Source: Spirochaetia bacterium | GTDB taxonomy: Bacteria > Spirochaetota > Spirochaetia > UBA9216 | NCBI GenBank assembly: GCA_963677925.2 | Contig: CAXXYH010000003.1 | Span: 1,504,001 to 1,568,000, forward strand | DNA: 64,000 bases | Direction of reading: 5' to 3' | Part shown: one piece after another, positions 57,301-64,000 of the stretch | How positions within the stretch are numbered: position 1 is the stretch's first letter | Layout of the letters: each line of letters starts with the position of its first letter | Position numbers and translations under genes: made by a program | Notes under the pieces: model-generated | What the model was told of the DNA's origin: nothing | The model's database searches: none | The model's input: the letters and a program-made list of their open reading frames with translations, nothing else

Positions 57301-60288
57301 ATCATCAGGGTCGTCAGCGGTTTTCTGATCATAGGCCCGGCCGTCACCGGTATCGTTGTCATTATAGTATTTGATTGTAAAGGATGAATTCTTTGGTGAG
57401 ATATCCTGCAGTTTTTCAATTACAGGAGGAAGGGTATCGATCCAGAACTCAACCATCACGCTGCCGCTTCTGTTTGCCCTGTTTCCGGCATTGTCCCATG
57501 CTGTAACATAGAAATACACAGGACCGTCATTATCACCAAGGTTGGCAGGAGTCGGTGCTGAAATATAGGGAATATCCGAACGCATATAGTTTTTATTCTC
57601 GTAGCTTGCAGTATTATCCCAATCTACTTCGTCATCATCCCAGTGCGGATACCATCCGCCGACGCCATAGGCTACACCGGGATCCGTATTCGGATCGAGG
57701 GTCTGATAGTAAGGAATAGTGGTGTAAAAATCAGCTCCGTCTGCAGCAGCCCACACTATGTAGGGTATAGCTGATGAGGTATATGCCATTACAGCTGATG
57801 CTGATGTATTGAGCACAGTGTCATCCTGATTATAGGCTGTCAGGGTTCCGACATCGGCCGGATCAACTGTATCCCATACAAAATCAACTATGTTATAGCT
57901 TGAGTTTCCGGCATTATCGGTTGCGGTTACCTTTATCTCGTAGCTGCCGTCTTCACTTCCGTCCGAGGCTCCGGCCTTGATATAGGGCTGCTCAACGCTG
58001 CTGTCCCCGGTAGTTCCGGCACTGTCTGAATAAAAGGTCAGCGTCCCCGGACCGCTGAGCTGTTCCCATAGGTATGAAGCAATTCCGCTAGGAACCTGGT
58101 AGGCTTCAGAATCTACCGGGTGGGTATCTGTGATAGTTACTGTCTGCCGGATTATCGAGTTTGTTTCAAGGTAATCTGTATCTGAAAAAGATACAGAGGG
58201 CTCAGTGTAGTCAAGGATGACAACAGCGTAAACATCATTGGCACCTTCGTCCTGAAGTCCCGACAGATTACCAACATAATCCTTAACTTCAGCATAAACG
58301 TAGTACTGCCCTTCACCTGATGACAGAGCTACCTCGGGTTTAAGAGAGGACCAGGCCTCCCATGAGCCGGAATCGGAGGAAGGCATATTCAGAGCACTGG
58401 CGGCTTCCACCGACAGCCACATGTACTGAAGCCCGGACTGCAAGTCCTCGGCATCTATTACAACATTAACGGTTTCTCCGGAGTTGTTTGAGTACCCAGT
58501 ACCGTTATCGATCTGCAGACCGTTCAAAACAGGTGCAGTTGTATCAAGGCTGACTTTAAGTCTGCCCGGGGTTTCCGATTCATTATTGGCATAATCGACG
58601 AAGCGGTAGTAAATGTAGTGATCGCCGTCATTCGCCTGCAGTTCCCATCCTGCGGAAGCATATGCGGTATTGTAGCTCATGTAGTCTATACCGCCGCCCG
58701 TAGTTCCTCCCTCGGAGTACAGTTTCCAGGCGGCATCGCCTTCAAAAGTCGGGAAACCGGCGCCTATATTGTCGCCCCAGATCTTCACCGCACGGACACC
58801 GTTATAATCATCCTCGGCCTTAATCTCAAGATCAAAGGTAGCGGATGCTGTAGCATTGACCGAAGGTGAATCAAGATTCAGCACTATCACGCCCTCAGGC
58901 GCGGTATTATCCTCAAAGGCTCCGTTTGCAAAGCTGTAGGTGTAATCTGAACCTATTGCATTTCCTGCCACATCGGAAACAGTTCCGCTTATAAAGACAT
59001 TGTATTCAGTGCTCTGCTCCAGAGTATAGGATTCACCGCCCAGTTCGAATTCGGTAAACTCAATTCCGGACTTGTCGTCAATGTATTCATAAACCGAGGT
59101 TGAGATCTTCTGGATGCCCTTGGTAACATAGACAGTAGTGCTGTCTATTGTTGTTGTATCCATCTCTTCAGAGAAAACTACTTTAACATAGGCCTTTGTT
59201 CTGTTTCCGGTTGAATCAGGAACAGGGTTTGAAAGATCAAAGTCCACCTGAGGAGGTGTGAAATCATAAACAATGGAACTGGAAGTTTCCCCGGACTCAT
59301 TAAGAGCCGTGTCACGAACCTGCAGATAGAGGGTTTCAGTTTCATTTGTATTCACAGAAAGAGAGTAATCACTGATGCTCGTACTGCCGCCGTCCAGTGT
59401 CAGCCAGTCGCTCCAGCTGCCGCCTTCGGTTCTAATCCGGTAGTCGCCCATGCCGCTTCCTGTCTCTTCATCAACCCCCAGAATATCTATCGATATTTCA
59501 CTGTTGCGGGTTCCGGCTTTTCCGCCTTCAAGCGAGAACTGTGCAATTTCGGGCATGGTTGTATCAAGACCAATTGAATCGGAACCGTAGCCTGAAGATT
59601 CAAGCCCGGAACCGTCTTTCAGTTTCACATATACGGTCTTCTGGCCGTCGCCTTCTGGAAAGGTTATATCAAATGATGAGCTCCAGGTGATCCATCCTGA
59701 ATCAGAGAAGTTTCCGTTTGTTGAAATATTCATCTGGGCTATTCCGAAGTTATCAGTCGCATCAACCTCAACCGTAGCCGTAAGCTGGTTTGTCCAGGAA
59801 TCTCCGTTATTTATTGTGACTCCGGAAATAGCAGGCCTTACTGTGTCGCCCTCTATTCCCGTGGTAAAAGACCAAGTATAGACCTCGGATATAAGATTAC
59901 CGTCCAAATCCTTGATTCCGTTAATAGTGACTTCGTATTCTGTGCCGACTTCCAGTTCCGAATTTGGAATGAATGTAATGGTATCATTCTCAACTTTACG
60001 TGAACCGCTTATTGCGTTGCCGCCTGCATCTGTTACATAAAAACTTGCAGAAACTACTGTGCTGGAATCAATATACTTCGAGAAGGTCACAGATATCGTA
60101 CTCAGGTTAATAGGGACATCCTCAGTATCACGTTCCGGGTAGATTGAAACAACTTCCGGAGGGGAAATGGCCTTGTCCACATCCTCTTCAATATAGGCAA
60201 GCAGGGGATTTTTACAGCTGATAAAAACTGCGGATGCAGCAAGCAGCAGTACAGAAACAACTATCTTTATCATTGTAATTCTTTTCAC
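54397..60288 (-). CDS. Giant (~1960 aa) surface lipoprotein with tandem Ig-like (Big_5/SbsA-like) domains; putative adhesin
   Basis: Spirochaetal lipobox AVFIS-C. Big_5-like repeats (ISVTFS..ID..YTWSFTT; VVFSEEMD). Recurrent D-x-x-G-N and D-T-x-x-P motifs. Ser/Thr/Tyr-rich. GTG 60288 has a GAGGAG RBS. Confidence 0.85.
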   Translation of the reverse strand: MKRITMIKIVVSVLLLAASAVFISCKNPLLAYIEEDVDKAISPPEVVSIYPERDTEDVPINLSTISVTFSKYIDSSTVVSASFYVTDAGGNAISGSRKVENDTITFIPNSELEVGTEYEVTINGIKDLDGNLISEVYTWSFTTGIEGDTVRPAISGVTINNGDSWTNQLTATVEVDATDNFGIAQMNISTNGNFSDSGWITWSSSFDITFPEGDGQKTVYVKLKDGSGLESSGYGSDSIGLDTTMPEIAQFSLEGGKAGTRNSEISIDILGVDEETGSGMGDYRIRTEGGSWSDWLTLDGGSTSISDYSLSVNTNETETLYLQVRDTALNESGETSSSIVYDFTPPQVDFDLSNPVPDSTGNRTKAYVKVVFSEEMDTTTIDSTTVYVTKGIQKISTSVYEYIDDKSGIEFTEFELGGESYTLEQSTEYNVFISGTVSDVAGNAIGSDYTYSFANGAFEDNTAPEGVIVLNLDSPSVNATASATFDLEIKAEDDYNGVRAVKIWGDNIGAGFPTFEGDAAWKLYSEGGTTGGGIDYMSYNTAYASAGWELQANDGDHYIYYRFVDYANNESETPGRLKVSLDTTAPVLNGLQIDNGTGYSNNSGETVNVVIDAEDLQSGLQYMWLSVEAASALNMPSSDSGSWEAWSSLKPEVALSSGEGQYYVYAEVKDYVGNLSGLQDEGANDVYAVVILDYTEPSVSFSDTDYLETNSIIRQTVTITDTHPVDSEAYQVPSGIASYLWEQLSGPGTLTFYSDSAGTTGDSSVEQPYIKAGASDGSEDGSYEIKVTATDNAGNSSYNIVDFVWDTVDPADVGTLTAYNQDDTVLNTSASAVMAYTSSAIPYIVWAAADGADFYTTIPYYQTLDPNTDPGVAYGVGGWYPHWDDDEVDWDNTASYENKNYMRSDIPYISAPTPANLGDNDGPVYFYVTAWDNAGNRANRSGSVMVEFWIDTLPPVIEKLQDISPKNSSFTIKYYNDNDTGDGRAYDQKTADDPDDPGSAGSGIASYLWVENKDDPDSPDKLEITNADQLIPTVSAADDGSEDGQYEMKLTVTDMAGNSADGYVSFEWDTTPPSSPVISGISHTPNVAPTWSWYGTGNGNGTFRYRLERVGRYWESDGGAYYGSSSVIVDWTETTSLSFEPSGTNYPGYPSSALSDEYEYTMYVQERDAAGNWSASGSRAIWIDTDFTSEPALNREGEYLRNSYGTARQVTWNWSTGLGNPATERYRYRLLDSSSAEVTGWTTLADDVTTLMIDFSTYDGGSPLDDDVYTIEVEEYNISDTSWVGKVASSTVQIDATAPGAPVMYTYSTGYSVTSNGYHLSNDTTPYFRWSSGGGGNGSYRWSFDESSWTYTTSIAINTSNSEGVYTFYVQESDTAGNWSNSATWALEIDTTAPTLSSILLSNRSTNAVNSTSYTVSQYVDIAITGSGSNSQTYTGNDIRYMRFWNSGGSTLTYVYNSTLSSWNFTNGNVTLTDGTKYVYCELIDYAGNVSISRYDSIVLDTAEPTVSSFSINSGSTVASSTSATLNSSYSGANYMRISNDGGSSWSGWYSASSSMSWSLSTASGYSGYGSKKVIVQFSDYAGVYSRNSVTQEAAHYTEVSDAIFYGTPVMNNSYKGYTKNGYIRTHYEEYGNDTSSSNTYYVYYATSPTGTKYTKGSTVSTASYSDYYTEGVPYYLFIRVYNPEIGYTNYSSYSLGYSSDMTIIYDDDDPDDTDLASLLKSRITTDWVSANPSYVFMNGSYTWTEFTVTMIPEDEVPATFKDDGVDETVIYGDPIIITPSAANLYASTTRAKNVAYSGHGVMGMHYYGWRFFQTLVNNWTSLGLNSIGSGVAPTDLDYAYSKGDTQYANIKPYSSAYDYIWHRYMYYKPLYDSYLYTEDYDALMFTSTTGYPYSIAHRWSLYNSNSSGTNGTYFYADDPDYSNYYTVVRQNRFVYWAYDKVPGYYYGIPFLYNIVRYLNYYY

Positions 60289-60292
60289 CTGC

Positions 60293-62392
60293 CTACTCCT
60301 CTTCTTCATCCCAGAATGTCCGCCCCTTATCCAGCGCCGCCGAAGCCCTGACTATCGAGCTGTTTGTATTTCCGATATAGGTATAATTCTCTGCAAGTGC
60401 GGCGTTAACCGAAGTAAGTTCGGCAAAGTCCGCCTGGGCTTCATCAAACTGCTCCAGTTCAAACTTGGTCCTTGCAAGTCCGGCCAGAACAAGAGAGCTT
60501 TCCGGTTTCAGGTTCTTTGCCTGCTCGTACATCGAAAGAGCCTTGTCATAGTCGCCTTTCAGAAAGTAAATATTCCCCAGGTTGAAGGGAGGATTGTATG
60601 CATTCCGGTCAAGCCGGATGGCAGCCTGAAGCTGCTCTTCCGCCTTATCAAAGAGTCCGTATTTTCCATACAGAACCCCCAGGCTGTTGCGAACAGCAGC
60701 AGAATCACGGCGGCTTATACGGTCCTTGTAATATTCGACCTTGCTTCTGATTTCCTGGGAGACAAAGGCATCCAGGCTCTGGTTATAGTTTTCAATGATG
60801 TTTTCTGCAGAAGGATAGATAAGGCCGATGCTGCTGCCTGTAAATCCAACCGGTTCAAACTCCTGCCATGCAACATGAATAGGAAAAAAGCCGGCGGAAT
60901 TCTTCTTTACTGCGTCGCGCCACTGCTTTGCTGCGGTATCGTAGGCCTTCAGAAAGCCCTGCTGAATAAGAGTTATTTCAAGCGGAACCCAGGCTTTGCC
61001 ATCCATGTATATGAAGTTGTCTGTATTGGCAAATTCCTTTTGAGCATCCTCCTCGGTCAGGTCAAGCGAGAAGGCCATGAAGATATGGCCCGGAATCGTA
61101 ATAAATGCCGTCTCAATTCCAACCGATTCCAGCAATGCCGCCATAAGAATGGACAGGTCATCACAGTCTCCGGCTCTGTAGGTGAGTGACTGGGAAGGGA
61201 ACTGCAGATAATCCAGAAACAGGGAATCCTGCGAGGCTTCAATATACGAAGACTGTGGATCAATTACATAGTTCATGCCGTAAATACGGAGGGCTTCAAA
61301 AACACCTATGGCGATGCGGAAGTTCAGGTTCAGCGGATTTTCACCAAGATCACGAATAAGCCCTGCTGTATTCTTAGAAAAGATAAGCACAGTAGGGTCT
61401 CTGGGAGTAACAAATGAGGCAGCCTTACGATCATCATCCCAGGTCATACTGTTGCGGTCAAGAATTCTTATAGTGTGAGGCTTCACATACGTAAAACGCT
61501 CCCCCAGATAGGTGTATTCAACCCTTATTTCAGCAGAAACCTTCGAGCTTTCAGTAAGATTGAGGATACGGTTTGTAAAAAGCGCATGAAGATCGACTTC
61601 AACAGCTTCATTTCTGGCAAGGGAATCTATACTTCTGCAGAGCATGGGCTGCTCCATGTACTCGCCTACATCGAGGTAAACATCAACATTGGTGATGGAA
61701 CTGGTTTCATTATTCTGCAGAACCATGGTTCCAAGTGAGTTGTTCTCATAATAGCTGTAAAAAACAGGAAAGACAGGGTCTGTTCTGAGTTCTGAAACAC
61801 CCAGCTTCTGACGTCCCGATTCAGGATTAAACCTTATTACACCGCCCAGCCAGGCGCTGACTCCCTGATAAAGATCAGTAAACTCATTAGCAGCCGAGTC
61901 CCAGCCGAGGTGATAGCGGTAGACACCGCCGAAGGTTGTAGCAAAGGTAGGAGAAACATCCCATACTATAGAAGCTTTGCCTCCGAAGTAGGGGTTGAAT
62001 GCGGAATTTCCGTCCTGGTAATAGGCATATGTGCCGCCGACATCCGGACCGGCCTGAAGACTGATAACGTCTGCAATCCTCAGGTCCATCCCGATACCGG
62101 TACCAACCGACCCGAGGGTCAGTATCTGAGCCTGACTCGGTTCCAGCGCAATGCTTGAGTTCCCTTCCAGGTACATGAATGAAACATTCGGAAAGATATA
62201 CTGGCCGGTAATACCAACTGAGCCTCCGATAAGATAGGCGGCATCATCGACAAAAAGGGAACTGCGTTCCCCTACCGGTATCTCAACTGACGGCTTGATG
62301 TGCAGGGAAAAGTCTTCAACCGACTGAGCGGATACAGTCAAAACGGCGGCAGCAAACAGAGTTATTATGCAAACGGTTTTTCTTTTCAACAT
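60293..62392 (-). CDS. Multidomain exported protein: beta-barrel-like N-terminus, Ig-like domain, transglutaminase-like domain, C-terminal TPRs
   Basis: Signal peptide. Amphipathic strands ending VSAWLGGVIRF. YLQFP.QSL..RAGDCDDLS, PGHIFMAF, WVPLEIT. TPRs NSLGVLY.., FNLGNIYF..GDYDKAL. ATG 62392 has a CAGGAG RBS. Confidence 0.82.
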   Translation of the reverse strand: MLKRKTVCIITLFAAAVLTVSAQSVEDFSLHIKPSVEIPVGERSSLFVDDAAYLIGGSVGITGQYIFPNVSFMYLEGNSSIALEPSQAQILTLGSVGTGIGMDLRIADVISLQAGPDVGGTYAYYQDGNSAFNPYFGGKASIVWDVSPTFATTFGGVYRYHLGWDSAANEFTDLYQGVSAWLGGVIRFNPESGRQKLGVSELRTDPVFPVFYSYYENNSLGTMVLQNNETSSITNVDVYLDVGEYMEQPMLCRSIDSLARNEAVEVDLHALFTNRILNLTESSKVSAEIRVEYTYLGERFTYVKPHTIRILDRNSMTWDDDRKAASFVTPRDPTVLIFSKNTAGLIRDLGENPLNLNFRIAIGVFEALRIYGMNYVIDPQSSYIEASQDSLFLDYLQFPSQSLTYRAGDCDDLSILMAALLESVGIETAFITIPGHIFMAFSLDLTEEDAQKEFANTDNFIYMDGKAWVPLEITLIQQGFLKAYDTAAKQWRDAVKKNSAGFFPIHVAWQEFEPVGFTGSSIGLIYPSAENIIENYNQSLDAFVSQEIRSKVEYYKDRISRRDSAAVRNSLGVLYGKYGLFDKAEEQLQAAIRLDRNAYNPPFNLGNIYFLKGDYDKALSMYEQAKNLKPESSLVLAGLARTKFELEQFDEAQADFAELTSVNAALAENYTYIGNTNSSIVRASAALDKGRTFWDEEEE

Positions 62393-62420
62393 TTCAGTTC
62401 TCCTGATAAAGCTGTACACG

Positions 62421-62451
62421 TTTACATAATTTACATTCAGTTTACATTATA
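62421..62451 (-). promoter_or_regulatory. -10 box plus three ATGTAAA direct repeats upstream of the transglutaminase/adhesin operon
   Basis: TTTACAT at 62421, 62430 and 62441. TATAAT on the minus strand at 62451-62446. Confidence 0.55.
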
Positions 62452-62569
62452 AATATATTACAATTTTACTAGTTTATAAACAAAAAGATCAAATTACTGG
62501 TATTAATTTCAATACCAGAGCCTCAATTTCCGGCAGATTCATTTTATCGGCCGTTGGCCGAATTTACCC

Positions 62570-62598
62570 TTGCCAATACGCTTCTTTCCCCGTATTAT
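62570..62598 (+). promoter_or_regulatory. Sigma-70 promoter of etfBA
   Basis: TTGCCA-17-TATTAT. Confidence 0.6.
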
Positions 62599-62656
62599 GT
62601 TAGCTGTAAATTTTGAACATTAAGTTTAAAAACTTCGTAGATACCAGGAGGTAAAA

Positions 62657-63538
62657 ATGGGTTTAAACCTCGTCGTTCTTGTAAAGCAAGTTCCTGACAC
62701 ACAGAACATTACCGGCGATGCGATGAAAGAGGACGGAACAGTCAACAGACAGGCTCTTCCGGCTATTTTCAACCCCGAAGATCTTCACGCCCTTGAAGCT
62801 GCCCTTTGCGTAAAGGACCAGTATCCGGATGCAAAAGTGAATGTTATCACAATGGGCCCGCCGCCTGCAGTGCAGGTACTTAAGGAATCACTCTTCAGGG
62901 GTGCCGATTTTACAGCATTAATTACTGACAGAAAATTCGCGGGAGCAGATACTCTGGCAACCTCATACGCATTGAAATGTGCTATCGAGAAGCTTGGAAA
63001 GTATGACATTGTTTTCTGCGGAAGACAGGCTATTGACGGAGACACAGCCCAGGTTGGTCCCCAGACCGCTGAAAAACTTGGAATCAATCAGATTACATGT
63101 GTTTCAGAGATCGATGAAGTAAATACTTCAAAGAATGAGATTACAGCTACCAGATCAATCGAAGGCGGTTATGAGGTGGTTAAGGCAAAACTGCCTATTC
63201 TTCTTACCTTCACAGATGAGGGTTATGTTCCAAGACCGCCGTCCGCAATCAAAATGCTTGCCTATAAGAATGCATCTGTTGATGTATCTGCAGAAGCTTT
63301 TGATGAAAGCTATCTCGATGGTGAAAAAGCCGGTTCTGCTGCAAACATAATGGAACAGTGGGACATTGAATCAATCAAAGCTGATGTTGACTGGTGCGGT
63401 CTTTCAGGTTCACCGACAAAGGTAAAAAAGATTCAGTCCGTTATCCTCACAGCTGGTGAGATAAGGATGGTTGATAATACAGCCGGCGGTATTGCCGAAA
63501 TGGTCCATGAACTTATTGCCGACCATACCATAGGATAA
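62657..63538 (+). CDS. etfB: Electron transfer flavoprotein beta subunit
   Basis: VLVKQVPDT, NPEDLHALE, TMGPP, FAGADTLATS, CGRQAIDGDTAQVGP, GLSGSPTKV. Confidence 0.96.
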   Translation: MGLNLVVLVKQVPDTQNITGDAMKEDGTVNRQALPAIFNPEDLHALEAALCVKDQYPDAKVNVITMGPPPAVQVLKESLFRGADFTALITDRKFAGADTLATSYALKCAIEKLGKYDIVFCGRQAIDGDTAQVGPQTAEKLGINQITCVSEIDEVNTSKNEITATRSIEGGYEVVKAKLPILLTFTDEGYVPRPPSAIKMLAYKNASVDVSAEAFDESYLDGEKAGSAANIMEQWDIESIKADVDWCGLSGSPTKVKKIQSVILTAGEIRMVDNTAGGIAEMVHELIADHTIG

Positions 63539-63548
63539 GGAGAGACAA

Positions 63549-64000
63549 TTGAGTACCAAAAACACTGTAATGGTCTTTATTCAGCAGGATGACGGCAAGG
63601 TTGCCGATGTCAGCATCGAGCTGGTATGCAAGGCAAAAGAACTGGCTGAACAGCTTGGAGCCAAGGTTTCAGCCGTACTTGCAGGACACAATGTTGAAGC
63701 TGAGGCCAAAAGAGTTATTACATACGGCGTTGATGAACTTTTTCTTCTTGATGATGAACGCCTTAAAAACTATACACCAATCCCCTACACAAAGGTTATC
63801 AAGGGTATAATCGAGAAATACGAACCGCAGATTGTTCTTTACGGGGCAACCACCACCGGACGAGATCTCGGCCCAAGAATTGCATCAAACCTCAAGGTAG
63901 GTCTTACAGCCGACTGTACCGATCTTCAGATTGGCGATCACAAGATCAAGGATGAATATTTCGACAACATCCTTTATCAGATTCGCCCTGCATTCGGCGG
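63549..64000 (+). CDS. etfA: Electron transfer flavoprotein alpha subunit (partial)
   Basis: Manual translation from TTG 63549 (AGGAG RBS): VMVFIQQDDGKVADVSIEL...GATTTGRDLGPRIAS.LKVGLTADCTDL...QIRPAFG. Confidence 0.95.
   Translation, partial: MSTKNTVMVFIQQDDGKVADVSIELVCKAKELAEQLGAKVSAVLAGHNVEAEAKRVITYGVDELFLLDDERLKNYTPIPYTKVIKGIIEKYEPQIVLYGATTTGRDLGPRIASNLKVGLTADCTDLQIGDHKIKDEYFDNILYQIRPAFG

Noticed and set aside
60293-62392. Naming the transglutaminase-like gene lapG
   Set aside because: It is much longer and multidomain, and there are no lapD or T1SS genes. The relationship is an analogy only.
1-64000. CRISPR array, rRNA/tRNA, prophage or intact transposase
   Set aside because: No regularly spaced repeats, RNA gene signatures or such proteins were seen. 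Almost all of the sequence is explained by the listed CDSs.

Overview
This is a gene-dense bacterial chromosomal window, most likely from a free-living anaerobic spirochaete (Spirochaetales). That placement is inferred from a spirochaetal lipobox (FIS-C), solute-binding proteins with A-G-G-x-x-E N-termini and an outer-membrane porin. In order, the window holds: a sigma-54 operon (dehydrogenase, RraA/HMG-aldolase, tctCBA); a porin beside a divergent OmpR/histidine kinase pair; an alpha/beta hydrolase; and a MITE-like palindromic element. Next comes a deoxy-sugar locus (RhaM-type mutarotase, sugar ABC transporter, three UroD/MtaA-like proteins, two LacI regulators, fucI) interrupted by a DGC-MFS cassette. 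It is followed by a LuxR-amidohydrolase-MFS-DUF3237-agmatinase-putrescine aminotransferase cluster, a decayed mazEF pair, a GxxExxY gene and a TRAP/Zn-dehydrogenase/UroD operon with twin LacI operators. The last part holds a complete Csu/spore-coat-U-type chaperone-usher pilus operon, a MatC-like transporter with UroD, a glycine betaine ABC transporter, ribokinase, aminopeptidase, a C-GCAxxG-C-C protein, a PAS kinase, a beta-barrel/transglutaminase-like/TPR protein paired with a ~1960-aa Ig-repeat lipoprotein, and etfB-etfA. The best candidates for undescribed biology are the transglutaminase/giant-lipoprotein module, the nearly cysteine-free chaperone-usher pilus in a probable spirochaete, UroD-family sugar O-demethylation loci and a putative N-acyl-agmatine catabolic island. 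I saw no rRNA, tRNA, CRISPR array or intact transposase. All family calls come from motif recognition, not from database searches.
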